A stretch of DNA of 64,000 bases from Pelagomonas calceolata (taxonomy: Eukaryota): positions 2,480,001 to 2,544,000 of the forward strand of contig CAKKNE010000002.1 of assembly GCA_918797485.1 (NCBI GenBank), in the 5' to 3' direction. The translations under genes and the position numbers were made by a program. Each line of letters begins with the position of its first letter. Within the stretch, counting starts at the first letter, position 1. The notes beneath the pieces were generated by a model that was not told where the DNA came from, searched no databases, and saw only the letters and a list, made by a program, of their open reading frames with translations. This document shows, piece after piece, positions 10,316 through 20,442 of this stretch.

Positions 10316-11827
10316 ATGCCCTCCCGGCGCGGCGGCCGGCGGCGCGGTATCGGCGGCGGCGACAAGAGCGGCGACATGAACATGACCGACGTCGCGATTG
10401 GCGCCCGGAAAGTGGAGAGGGCCGACGCGCAAAGAGGTTCGAAGGAGAAGGAGCCCAGGGACTACGTCCAGGACCTGAATTTGATTCTCTTGGCCCTCGA
10501 CTGCATCGCTTTGGTTTTATGTGTATTGTCCATCGAGAACGGCTGGACGGGCAACAGCTGGGACCCGAACGTCCTCACGGAATTGAGTAAGTGGGGCATC
10601 ACGATCGTGAGTATCGCGTCCGCGGTGCTGATCCTCATAAGATACACGTACCAGCTAGAGTGCATGATCGAGGAGCCTCCATCTCTACCTCAGCTGATAC
10701 TAGAAGCGCTGGTCCACTTCCTGCACGTGCCGCCGCGCTCCCTCTTCGGGAATCCCGCGCCCAACGACTGGATGTTCCGCGTCGGGTATCAATACGACCC
10801 GCGGCACGGACGGTACCCTTTAGATAATCTGAACGCGCTGCTGGTGATTCGGATGTATATTATGCTAAGGGTCATCTGCGAGCAGTCGTATTATGATGAT
10901 GAAAATGTCATGGCAGTAGGGGCTTTAAATCACGTCCGCATCGACCTGCCCTTCGTCATCAAGTGCATCATTCGACGGTCGCCGGTACGTTCTTTAGGAA
11001 TATCTTTGTTATGCACGCAGATCTGGGGCTCGTATAACATGCGGCTCTGGGAGCGGCGGTACTCCCATCATTTGGATGATGACTTTACGATTGCGGGGTC
11101 GGAGGCGGACTGGTCGAACGCCTTTTGGCTGGTCTTTGTGACCATGACTTCTGTTGGTTATGGTGATTACTATCCCAACACGCATCTCGGGCGGGTCACC
11201 GCGGCCGTCTGCGTGTTGCTGTTCACGTTGTTCATTTCGCTGTTCATCGGCGTCGTTGCCGACGAGATGCAACTCGGAAGCGCGCAGGAGAAGGTCTACG
11301 AGTACGCCGACGCGCACGCGAACCACCAACGAGTGCGGCAGATCGCGGCGGAGGTCCTGACCCAGTTCTTAAGGGCAAAGGCGACTCCAGATTTGAAAAA
11401 GAAGCCCTGGCTGAAGCCGCAGTGGGTCCACGACATGTACGTCAAGCACCGCCTCGCGCATCGACGGAAGGTGGCGCCGTCGCATGGGTCGCCGACGACT
11501 GGAGGTCGACCACGGAAACAGATGCAAGAAAAGAGCATGTCGACGATGCGGATCGGGGGCGACGCGAAGATCGACCGCGACGAATTGAGCGGCGTCTCCG
11601 ACTACCTCCTCGACACGTTCAAGGTCAAGCTCGACCTGCACAAGCGGGCTGTGGCGAGAGGACTCCCAACCCAATACGAGACCCAGAACAACGCGATGTA
11701 CGACTGGATGAAGAAGTCGCAGGAGCGCGAGGCGGCCCTCGTCCAGATGGTCGAGGGCATCTGCGACAAGCTGGGCACGCCGAAGCCCGCGCCGTCGCCT
11801 TCGAAGAAGCCGCCGGGGGGCGGGTAA
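10316..11827 (+). CDS. Ca2+-activated K+ channel (SK/KCNN-like)
   Basis: Pore WLVFVTMTSVGYGDYYP; six TM segments; ALNHVRIDLPFVIK; post-S6 helix resembling a calmodulin-binding region. Confidence 0.85.
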   Translation: MPSRRGGRRRGIGGGDKSGDMNMTDVAIGARKVERADAQRGSKEKEPRDYVQDLNLILLALDCIALVLCVLSIENGWTGNSWDPNVLTELSKWGITIVSIASAVLILIRYTYQLECMIEEPPSLPQLILEALVHFLHVPPRSLFGNPAPNDWMFRVGYQYDPRHGRYPLDNLNALLVIRMYIMLRVICEQSYYDDENVMAVGALNHVRIDLPFVIKCIIRRSPVRSLGISLLCTQIWGSYNMRLWERRYSHHLDDDFTIAGSEADWSNAFWLVFVTMTSVGYGDYYPNTHLGRVTAAVCVLLFTLFISLFIGVVADEMQLGSAQEKVYEYADAHANHQRVRQIAAEVLTQFLRAKATPDLKKKPWLKPQWVHDMYVKHRLAHRRKVAPSHGSPTTGGRPRKQMQEKSMSTMRIGGDAKIDRDELSGVSDYLLDTFKVKLDLHKRAVARGLPTQYETQNNAMYDWMKKSQEREAALVQMVEGICDKLGTPKPAPSPSKKPPGGG

Positions 11828-12322
11828 GGGCGGATTTATTTAGTGGTTCCCACTGCGACGGTGCTAGGACTCCGTCGCGTCGCCGATTCGTCGGCGGACG
11901 CGGGCCGCGTCTTCCATCACAGCACACTTCTGTCTCAGCCGAACCGGCTCGGAAAGCCCCTTGAGCAGTGGTCAGGTGAAAACGTGCTGTCTGTTACGGT
12001 GCTAGGACTAGTGTGCTAGGACCGGTGGTTTTTGCTGGCTAGTGTGTTTCAATCCGCTAGCCTCACTTTTTTTTGCTTTTGGGTTGGGTGGCGCATACGA
12101 CGCGGATATACGTTGCCACTAGCACTAGATAAGGCTGCGTTAACCCTCCGGCCGTTCTGCTTGCAGGAGAACCTTTTGAGGTGAGGCTGCAACCAGTATA
12201 GACACAGCATCCAACACTGCATTTGAGCCACACTGCATTGAGCCGCTGCCGCCGCAGCTTTGACCAGCTGATATTGCAAAAGAATAGCAACACTGCACGG
12301 CATCACAAGCGCGGGCAAGATC

Positions 12323-13633
12323 ATGCAACGCACGCGCAGCTCGCGCGCCGGCGGCGACGAGGAGGACCCGGGCAGCGACGACTACGACCGCAAGCGGAAG
12401 GGCGGCGCCGGCCGCAAGGCCGTCGGGCTCTGCTGCGTCGTGCTGGCCTGCTGGGTGCTCTGCGTGGTCGCCGCGGGCCTGGATGCGGCCGCGCGGCTGC
12501 CGCCCCCAAAACCGCCCGTTAGTCCAGCGGAGGCGGCGGCCGCCGTCGAGCACCTCCGGAAGCGGGCCTACGGCCCCTCGGGCGGTTTGGATCATGACGC
12601 CTGGCGCCGCGGGAGCGGCAAGGCGGCGTTTGTAAAGCCGCAACCCGTCGCGCCGGCCCCTGAGCCGCCCAAACCGGTCTTCAAGCGGAAGAAGAAGACG
12701 CGCAAGGCGGAGAACATGCCGCCCTTCGACGCGCCGCGCCTCGACCCGTTCCTGCACAAACGTAAAATCAAAGGCCCCCTGGACATTGCGCAGTGCCAGG
12801 CGCATGAGAAAGCGGTGCCCTTCCACCAGCGGGCGTTGCAGAAGATTGACATCAAGAAGACGGCGGATGCCCCGTCACTACTCTGCATCATTTACACTTA
12901 TAAAGCACATCACACGAAGAACGCGCGCACAGCCGCCGAAACGTGGCTGCCCCGCTGCGACGGCGCCGTCATCCTCAGTGATCAATCTGATCAGAACGAG
13001 GGTATTGTTGGAGTGCCCCATGAAGGTAAAGAGGAGTACAACAACATCTGGCAGAAGCAGCGGAGCAACTGGCGGTATATTTACGAGTACTATCGGGACG
13101 ATTTTGATTATTTTCATATCGGCGGCGACGACACGTTCGTGATCGCGGACAACCTGAGGAGTTTTTTGGCAAGGCCCGAAATTCGAGAACAGAACGACGC
13201 CGGCAAGCCCCTGTACCTCGGAAGACGCATGAAGGTCGGCGGCAACGCGAACCATTTATTCAACACGGGCGGCGCGGGCTATGTCTTCAACCGCGCTGCT
13301 TTAGAACTCTTCTACGACTCGCTGGACGAGCCCTTCTGCGCGCCGCACCGCCACGGTTTTTATGAAGACGTGCTCGTCGCCGACTGCTTCAAGAACGGTC
13401 CCTCCCACCTAGTCCCGGTCGACACGCGCGACGCGTCCGGCGCGGAGCGCTTCCACATGCTCAACCCGGGCCAGCACCTCGCCTACCGCCGGGCGCCCAA
13501 GGACTGGGTCACGACGTATAGTTTCGACCTGCTCGAGGGCCTCGACTACTTCTCGCCCGAGTCGACGGTCTTCCACTACTGCGAGCCGTCCCTCGTCGAG
13601 CACATGGACGCGCTATTGCATAGATGTAGGTAA
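12323..13633 (+). CDS. Core-1 beta-1,3-galactosyltransferase-like (GT31/C1GALT1)
   Basis: TM anchor; TWLPRCD, DFDYFHIGGDDTFVIADNL, LYLGRR, GGAGYV, EDVLVADC, DTRDASGAERFH. Confidence 0.85.
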   Translation: MQRTRSSRAGGDEEDPGSDDYDRKRKGGAGRKAVGLCCVVLACWVLCVVAAGLDAAARLPPPKPPVSPAEAAAAVEHLRKRAYGPSGGLDHDAWRRGSGKAAFVKPQPVAPAPEPPKPVFKRKKKTRKAENMPPFDAPRLDPFLHKRKIKGPLDIAQCQAHEKAVPFHQRALQKIDIKKTADAPSLLCIIYTYKAHHTKNARTAAETWLPRCDGAVILSDQSDQNEGIVGVPHEGKEEYNNIWQKQRSNWRYIYEYYRDDFDYFHIGGDDTFVIADNLRSFLARPEIREQNDAGKPLYLGRRMKVGGNANHLFNTGGAGYVFNRAALELFYDSLDEPFCAPHRHGFYEDVLVADCFKNGPSHLVPVDTRDASGAERFHMLNPGQHLAYRRAPKDWVTTYSFDLLEGLDYFSPESTVFHYCEPSLVEHMDALLHRCR

Positions 13634-13644
13634 CATTGTGTTTC

Positions 13645-14544
13645 TTAGGTGGGATGCCACTTCTTCTTCTGGTATCCGGCGTAGCGCTTCTTCCGCAGCG
13701 CAGCTTTCCGGGCTTTCTTCTTCAGGAGCTCGCGGCGCTTTCCCGGCTTCTTTGGCGGAGCCGCCGCCGGGGCCGCCGGCGCAACAACCGGCGCGGACCG
13801 GTCGCCCGTCGCGGCGGACAGCGTCTTCACGGCCGCGTAGAGGGCCGCGCGCCTTGATGATGGCGTCGCCTCCGCCGCCGCCGCGCCGTGGACGTCGGCC
13901 TGCACGAGGCGCGCCAGCGGCCGCATCGCCTCGACGTCGGCGAGCGGCGCCGCGAGGCGGTCCAGCACGCGCGTCGCCACGGGCGCCGAGCCGTGCACCA
14001 GTGCATTTAACAGCGGCCGGCAGAAGCGATGTGCTGCAGATGGGGGAACCTCGAACTCGACGAGGGCCTCGAGGAGCACGTCGCCGTAGTGTAGGCGCGG
14101 CCCGTCCGGGCACTTCGGCGCACTGAACCAGCCCGCGTCGATCGCCGCCGCGAACGCGTCGACGCTCGCCGGCGCCCAGTCCTTGGCGCGGCACCACGCG
14201 AGGCTCTCTCTTACAAAGTGCCTCGCCAAGAGGTAGTACTTGTCGAGGCGGTACTTGTCGAGGCGCGCCCACTCGGCCGCGAGCGTACTACAAAAGCAGA
14301 GCGTCCACCGTCGTACTGCATCGTCCTCCCCGAAGCGGTGGACGGTCTTCGCGACGGACCGGGCCAACTCGTCGTGGACCTTCGGCAGGTCGGCCAGCCA
14401 CATGGCGAAAAAAATGCTCCGCCACAGCTTCTTCATCGCGAGGTCGTCCAGGTCGTCTCTTAGAAAGTCCGACAAAGCCTGCATGGCCTGCCGCCGCGTC
14501 CGCGGGTCGGCGCTGTCGGCGAGGCGCTGCTGCAGCGTCGGCAT
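13645..14544 (-). CDS. RRP1: rRNA-processing protein RRP1/Nop52
   Basis: KKLWRSIFFAMWLAD.P, EWARLDKYRLDKYYLL; basic C-terminus. Confidence 0.85.
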   Translation of the reverse strand: MPTLQQRLADSADPRTRRQAMQALSDFLRDDLDDLAMKKLWRSIFFAMWLADLPKVHDELARSVAKTVHRFGEDDAVRRWTLCFCSTLAAEWARLDKYRLDKYYLLARHFVRESLAWCRAKDWAPASVDAFAAAIDAGWFSAPKCPDGPRLHYGDVLLEALVEFEVPPSAAHRFCRPLLNALVHGSAPVATRVLDRLAAPLADVEAMRPLARLVQADVHGAAAAEATPSSRRAALYAAVKTLSAATGDRSAPVVAPAAPAAAPPKKPGKRRELLKKKARKAALRKKRYAGYQKKKWHPT

Positions 14545-14933
14545 CGTGCACAACGTCAGGCGCAGTTATTTTTAGACCGCTGCGCTTCACAACAGCGCGG
14601 CCGCACTGGTTTGCAGCAATGCCAGCGTCCACACCAAGCCGCGAGCAGCGATGCCGCTGTATTCCTGCTTGCACTTTGGCCGTCGCCCGGAGCTAAGCGT
14701 CAGTAAGACACTAGTAAGCCATCAACCTAAGCTCTTTTGAGACTCAAGGCCATATACGTGCAGAGAGTGCAACGGGCACACACTCCCTGGGTTGGTAGAA
14801 GAGCGCCCGAGGCAGCATTAGCGTTTTCGGCTCGTTTTTCCGGGCAGCAAACAAGAGAGCACCCAAGCAGCTCTGAGAGCAAGTGCAATCTGCGAGAGCC
14901 TGCGGAGAGCAACAGCTATTTTAGGCAGCAGCG

Positions 14934-15323
14934 ATGCGCGCTCTCATCCTGCTTGCAATGCTAACTGGCATCGATGCGCTGAGCACCGGCACAGCACCAG
15001 TTCGGCTGCACGTCGAGTTTTGCCAGCAATGAAAATATAACCTCAAGGTCGACCGCCTTGAGGACATGCTGCGAGACAGATTTGACGGCGCTGTGATTGT
15101 CGACCCAGAACACGGGAGAAACGACCCGGAACATCTCGCGCGGCTCTCGCCGACCGGCGAGTGGCGCGTCGGCGCGTTCGAGATCACGCGCCTCGACGAC
15201 GACGCGGTGCTCTACTCGAAGCTCGAGACGAAAAAGCATCTCGTCGGCACGCGGATAAAGGTGATGGGTCAGGTCATCCACGACGACGGACCGTTCAACG
15301 AGTGGGTCGAGAAGTGGTTCTAG
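14934..15323 (+). CDS. Rdx-family (SelW/SelT/SelH-like) selenoprotein, 129 aa, UGA at 15030-15032 read as Sec
   Basis: MRALILLAML leader, then VEFCQQ-TGA-KY (CxxU), then RVGAFEI and VLYSKL in one frame; SECIS directly downstream. Confidence 0.9.
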
Positions 15324-15400
15324 GCACGTGGGAGAAACGATGACGGTTCGCGCGGCAGCGATGCGCCGCCCGTGCGAACCCGAGAGACCTCTCGCTGTGT
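15324..15400 (+). promoter_or_regulatory. SECIS element
   Basis: ATGAC (15340-44); 11-bp helix GGTTCGCGCGG/CCGTGCGAACC; CGAG (15381-84); lower helix GTGGGAG/CTCTCGC. Confidence 0.85.
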
Positions 15401-15413
15401 AAATTCTATATTG

Positions 15414-16574
15414 TTAGCCAGGCGGTGGGACGCGAGCGAGGCGGGCGGCGAGGCGCTCGGCGGGCGCAGGTGCAGTTGTTGTCTCCTCTGCTACCCCTCC
15501 GGTGGTGGAGGAACCACCCGGCGGCACCGGAACAATCCCGCTCGGGTTCAGCGGAAAGAGCGATGTGTAGTAAGACTGCGCCGCCGCGCGGGCGTCGACG
15601 GTCTCCGCTACTCCTGCCATTGCACGCATCCGCTGCGCCCACGCAGCGACGGCCGGGAAGTCCTGCCTGATCGACGTCGCCGTGCGCAGGAAGAGCGGCG
15701 CGTAGCACGCGTCGAACCTTTCTACCGTAGGTAGCAGCCGAATGTCTGATTCGGTGACACGCCCCCCCGCGACGTAGTCCGACGCCGCCAGGACGCCGTC
15801 GAGGCGCTTTAACTCGTCGAAGACGTCGCGCACCGCGGCCTCGTAGGGTCCTTGTTTCGTCGCGAAGCCGGCGCGGTAGACGCCGTTGTTGACGCGCTCG
15901 TAGATGGCGTCGTTCAGCGCGTCGATGTCGGCCGCGAGCGCCGCCGGTCGTAAATCCGCGTCGTTCGCGCGCGAGCCCTTGTACTCGATGAGGGCCCGCA
16001 CGATGTCGCCGCTCTCGTTGCTCACGAAGGTCCCGTCGCTCGCCACCAACAACGGCGCCGTGCACCTTCCTTCTAACCCGAGCTCGTCGTAGACGCCCTT
16101 CAAATCCTGGGCGGCCCAGATCGGGTCCGGCGCCGCGTCGGTAAAACTCCAGCCGCCCCGCCTCGCTTTGGTGGGGTCGTCGTCCATGACAACGACCTTG
16201 ACCATGGCCTGGCACTCGCGCAGCGCCCGCACAATCGTCGTCCGGTGGCACCACGGGCACGCGTTGCCGACGTAGAGGACGTAGTCGCGATCTTCGAGTT
16301 TAGGCGCATTCACCGATCCCTTCTGAGGCGCCGGCCGCACGTAGGCGCCCTCGGGAGATTGGGGCGCGAGCTCGGCCATCATGATGCCCCACGCCGTGCG
16401 CCAGCCGAACTTCGCGACGCTGACCAACGCCTTCTGCGAGGGCAGCCATTCGAGTAGGCGGAGACCGCCCGAGGACCTTTGCTCGGCATGCAGTACGACT
16501 CGCTTGGCGCGCGGCGACGGCGTCTGGAACGCATTGGCAGCGTACAGGAGGCAGCAGAATATGCGATTCATCAT
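15414..16574 (-). CDS. Glutathionyl-hydroquinone reductase (Xi-class GST, YqjG/ECM4-like), plastid-targeted
   Basis: ACPWCHR, TAPLL, SNESGDI, VNNGVYRAGFATKQ, TESDIRLLPT..RFD; leader ANA-FQTP. Confidence 0.9.
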   Translation of the reverse strand: MMNRIFCCLLYAANAFQTPSPRAKRVVLHAEQRSSGGLRLLEWLPSQKALVSVAKFGWRTAWGIMMAELAPQSPEGAYVRPAPQKGSVNAPKLEDRDYVLYVGNACPWCHRTTIVRALRECQAMVKVVVMDDDPTKARRGGWSFTDAAPDPIWAAQDLKGVYDELGLEGRCTAPLLVASDGTFVSNESGDIVRALIEYKGSRANDADLRPAALAADIDALNDAIYERVNNGVYRAGFATKQGPYEAAVRDVFDELKRLDGVLAASDYVAGGRVTESDIRLLPTVERFDACYAPLFLRTATSIRQDFPAVAAWAQRMRAMAGVAETVDARAAAQSYYTSLFPLNPSGIVPVPPGGSSTTGGVAEETTTAPAPAERLAARLARVPPPG

Positions 16575-16932
16575 CTTTTGCGTATGCAGCTCGCGCGTGT
16601 TGCTAGGTTGTGAGAGCAGGTTTGTGAGAGCAGAGCAGATTGCGAAGCTGTCAGCGTCTAGAGCGAGGAGTCCGAGCTCGGGCTGCCACGAGATCGTATT
16701 AATCCCTCGCAGTGCGGCGTGCAGTCAAACTAGCCTCAATTAGTTCTACAGCTCCTACAGCTCAGAAAAAAAAAAGCTGGCTAGTATGTTACAGGACGCT
16801 AGCACGTCTCCGCGCCTCTTGCGCCAAGCCCTTGTGCGAGCGCAGAATCGACGTCCAAACGATTGCATAGCGCGGTTCTACCTCAGAAGTGATCGCAGCA
16901 GCGGCGGGGCAGCCTTTTTTTGCGAATCGGTG

Positions 16933-18042
16933 ATGTACGCTGCCCTGCTCTCCGGATGCGTGTTTGCGGCAGCTCTGGCGCCCGCCGTACCGCTCAGTTC
17001 CACCCGTATGTCCGCCTCGCGCATCATGCGGCAGCCGGGGCTGAGCTGGACGGGATTGTACGACGAGCGAGGAAGGCCCGTGACGATGGACGAGCTCCGC
17101 CGCCATAAATTCCCTCCCGACGCCGACAAGTATGGTAATTGTCCTTGGCGGGACGCTACCGAATCTCCTACCCATCCAATTTGGACCGGACGGCGGTTCT
17201 ATGGGGCCGATGGGCCGGAACCGCTCAAAAATCCGTGGAACCACATGATGAGCCTTTTCTCGGGCTACCGGGAAGGCTCCCTGGGCTCTCAGAGGGAAGG
17301 CCTACCATATTATCTGTACCACTACACGTCGTCCGATGCGGCGGCACAGATCTTCGAATCCGGGAAGCTGCTGCCGAGCATCAAAGAGAACGGCGACGCT
17401 ATGGCGGGCGACGGCGTTTATTTCACGTCGATTCCTCCGTGGGCGGAGCCCGACGTTCTTCTCGCGAATAATTTCGACGGCGTCAGTCGCCGCCCAAAAT
17501 ATAGCCGCGCTGAAGCCTACATAAGAATCGAGGCGTGGATGCTCAGCCCAGATGTTCAAGTCATGAGGGCCAACGTTCAGCAAAATAGCAAGGGGCCCAT
17601 GAAAGATAAAGTGCGCGACGTGTACCTTGTGCCCGGTAAGGAGGCGCTTGACCTGTCGAAGTCACAATACACGCTGCTCATAACCGAGCCTGAGGCTTGG
17701 GCTAAGAGCAACGCGCGAAAAGAATTGATCCGGATGGAGACGGATATGGAACGCAAGAGTGAGGAAATGCTGGCGATAAATCGCGAATCACGCAAAGCCA
17801 TGTATGACGAGTTGCGCGAGGAGGACCCTTGGGTGGACTTCTCAGAGGAGTACGCGAGCCTCGCGGAAGAAGAACGCGAGGCCCAACTCAGACTCCAATA
17901 CCCGGAGGAAGAGCGCTGCCTTGATGGCTGTCTGAGAGGCTGGGTGTATCAACAGCAGGGCGGCCACTTTCGCTGGGAAATCAAACAAGCCAAGAAGCAA
18001 CGCCCTCGATCGCGGCCGCGGGGTCGATCTAAGACTAAGTAG
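16933..18042 (+). CDS. Signal-peptide protein with Tox-ART-HYD1-like ADP-ribosyltransferase domain
   Basis: LYHYTSSDAAAQIFESGKLLPS...GDGVYFTSIPP...RDVY; hydrophobic N-terminus. Confidence 0.6.
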   Translation: MYAALLSGCVFAAALAPAVPLSSTRMSASRIMRQPGLSWTGLYDERGRPVTMDELRRHKFPPDADKYGNCPWRDATESPTHPIWTGRRFYGADGPEPLKNPWNHMMSLFSGYREGSLGSQREGLPYYLYHYTSSDAAAQIFESGKLLPSIKENGDAMAGDGVYFTSIPPWAEPDVLLANNFDGVSRRPKYSRAEAYIRIEAWMLSPDVQVMRANVQQNSKGPMKDKVRDVYLVPGKEALDLSKSQYTLLITEPEAWAKSNARKELIRMETDMERKSEEMLAINRESRKAMYDELREEDPWVDFSEEYASLAEEEREAQLRLQYPEEERCLDGCLRGWVYQQQGGHFRWEIKQAKKQRPRSRPRGRSKTK

Positions 18043-18127
18043 TATTCTGACAAAAAAGGGCGACGTAACTTACCATGGTGGGCGGGGAGGGGATAGCTTG
18101 TGTCGATGCGAGCGAGCGAGCGTACCT

Positions 18128-18523
18128 TCACACCATCTTCGCGACCGGGGCCGCCTCGACGACGGGCCGCGCTTGCGACGGATTGAATTGGGCCATGTAT
18201 TGCTTCGCCCGCTCTTTCCTCTCCTCCGCCGTGATCATCGCTATCGGATTATAATTTATCCGCTTCTTGCGGTGGCGGCAGTGGCGATACACGACGATGA
18301 TCAAGACGACGAGGATGAGCGGCGAAAAGAGAATGATGAGCGGCAGGATTTCATACACGAGGATGATCATGGCGCCCATGATCAAGTCATCAAAAACCTT
18401 TTTAACACCGGTACTTTCTAAGAGCCACGCCGTCAACTCTGATCTGGCCACACTGAGGGCAACAAGCAAGAGAGAACATGCAATAAGAGCCCTGAGAAGA
18501 TTTACGCGGCGGGCGGAAGGCAT
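18128..18523 (-). CDS. Small membrane protein, unknown function
   Basis: Two or three hydrophobic segments followed by a basic stop-transfer stretch. Confidence 0.55.
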   Translation of the reverse strand: MPSARRVNLLRALIACSLLLVALSVARSELTAWLLESTGVKKVFDDLIMGAMIILVYEILPLIILFSPLILVVLIIVVYRHCRHRKKRINYNPIAMITAEERKERAKQYMAQFNPSQARPVVEAAPVAKMV

Positions 18524-18705
18524 CGACGTTGTCAATGTTGTGTGATACGTCGCGGGGCCACGGAACCGACGGTAGAGCTTAGTGCTCACCAAAGCATAAA
18601 AAGTTTTGGGACTCGAGCGGGTTTTATCGCGAGTGCTAGGCTCCTAGAGGAGGGCTAGCCACAGGCGACTGGAAAGGAATAGCACCTTACGCACTCAAAA
18701 GGCCA

Positions 18706-20442
18706 CTAGGCGCTCTTCCGGAACGCGAACACCGCCGTGTCCACGAAGGACACCGCGTCGAGCCGCACGACCTCCTTGGACTTGGCGTGCCAGCCGAGTA
18801 GTGATTCCGCACGCAGCTTCTCGACGCCGGCGTGCGCATCCAACAAAAGGCCTTTGCCTTTCGCCTGGGCTTTCACGTACTTGACGCGGTGCTGCCAGCG
18901 GCCCGTAAATTTCAACTTGAACGTCTCTCTGACGCTGTCCGACGCGAACATCGAGACGTCGTCGTCGAGGACGTCGGCGTTGAAGACCGCGAGGCCGCCC
19001 GGCCGCAGCGCCCGCGCCATGGCGTGGAGGAGATCACCTAAGTCGCCTACGTAAGGTACCGCGTCCACGGCCACGACCAAATCCACGCTCCCGGGCGACG
19101 CGTTGCGGATGTTCGTCGCGAAGTCGCCGCGCTCCAGATCGTCATACGTGTTGGTAGAGGCGGCGAATTCCAACGACACCGCAGAAGCGTCGACGCAGTG
19201 CAATCTATTTGCGACGCCTCGGAGCAACGGCCCCAGCGCGCCAGATCCACACCCGAGCTCGAGCACGTCGAGCCACGGGCTCGATTCCGTCAGGTTGACC
19301 TGCAGCGCCGACGCGATGGCCTTGACGTGCGCCTTCGGGAGGCGGTCGTCAAAGAGCAACCCGTGCGCGTGGTCGAACAAGTCGGTCTTCGCGAGCGGGC
19401 GGTCGTCGTCCTCATCTGTACTGTTTGGTGCGAGTTGCGCGATCGTTTCCGATGTTGAATCCCACGAATCATCCTCTTCCCGGAGCAGGCGCCTTCTCGC
19501 TCGCAGGTCGAACAGCCGCTCCACATAGGCCACAGGTGCTCGATAGCCGAATTCCTTCGTCGCCGCGAGACCCGCGCCTCCCAACGCCGCGAGCGCGTAA
19601 CCGATGTCTTTTGCGGCCGGCGCCATGGCCGCCGCCGCCCTGTAGGACCCGAGTGCCTCGCCGAAGCGCGCCAACTCCAACCGCGCGCCGCCGAGAGCCG
19701 CCAAGGCCGCGGCGTCCCGAGGCCGCCGCGCCACGACTTTCTCTAGCGCCTTCGCCGCGGGCCCCGGCCGCGCCAAATCTCTATAAGCGTCCGCCAATAA
19801 CGCGTGCGCGGCGGCCAAACCCGGCGCCCTAGCCACGGCCCGTCGTAAATGGGCCGCCGCCGCCTTGACGTGCCTCCGCGTCCCGCCGGCTAAGAGCCGC
19901 GCAGCTAACAAAACATGAGCATCCGCCGCGTCGGCAGCACGTGTTGCATCTGGTTTTGTGGCATTGGCGCCCAGCTTCAGCACGCGCGCGTAGGCGGACA
20001 CGGCCCGCTCGACGGAGCCGCGCTCGACGTGCAATCGCGCCGCCGACGCCAAAGCGGCCGCGCGTTCCCGCGGGTCATCGTATAAAGCCGCTGCTCTTTC
20101 GTAGTGCGCCACGGCCTCCCTCAATCTTTTTACCCTTACCAAGGTCTCCGCGAGGAACACGTGGCCGTCCGGCGTCTCCTCGACGGCTACCGCTCGTCTG
20201 TAAGCCGCGGCCGCTTCAGAAAAGGCGCCGTCCGAAAACAACTCTTCCGCCCTTAGGACGTAGGCCTCCCGCGTCCGCGACCCGCCGTAGAAGGTCGTCG
20301 GCACGCAGGCCAATCCAATGACGAACACCGCGCTCCAGAAGAGCTCGCCCCCGAGCCAGGGCCGCGGCGGCGGCGGCGGCGCCGTCTGCACGCTCTGGCG
20401 CCGCTCCTTGCGCGCGCTCTTCTTGAGGTTTCCCTTCGCCAT
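18706..20442 (-). CDS. TPR-repeat class I SAM-dependent methyltransferase with N-terminal TM
   Basis: Multiple TPRs; APVAYVERLFD; VLELGCGSG; DLVVAVDAVPYVGDL; LRPGG. Confidence 0.85.
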   Translation of the reverse strand: MAKGNLKKSARKERRQSVQTAPPPPPRPWLGGELFWSAVFVIGLACVPTTFYGGSRTREAYVLRAEELFSDGAFSEAAAAYRRAVAVEETPDGHVFLAETLVRVKRLREAVAHYERAAALYDDPRERAAALASAARLHVERGSVERAVSAYARVLKLGANATKPDATRAADAADAHVLLAARLLAGGTRRHVKAAAAHLRRAVARAPGLAAAHALLADAYRDLARPGPAAKALEKVVARRPRDAAALAALGGARLELARFGEALGSYRAAAAMAPAAKDIGYALAALGGAGLAATKEFGYRAPVAYVERLFDLRARRRLLREEDDSWDSTSETIAQLAPNSTDEDDDRPLAKTDLFDHAHGLLFDDRLPKAHVKAIASALQVNLTESSPWLDVLELGCGSGALGPLLRGVANRLHCVDASAVSLEFAASTNTYDDLERGDFATNIRNASPGSVDLVVAVDAVPYVGDLGDLLHAMARALRPGGLAVFNADVLDDDVSMFASDSVRETFKLKFTGRWQHRVKYVKAQAKGKGLLLDAHAGVEKLRAESLLGWHAKSKEVVRLDAVSFVDTAVFAFRKSA

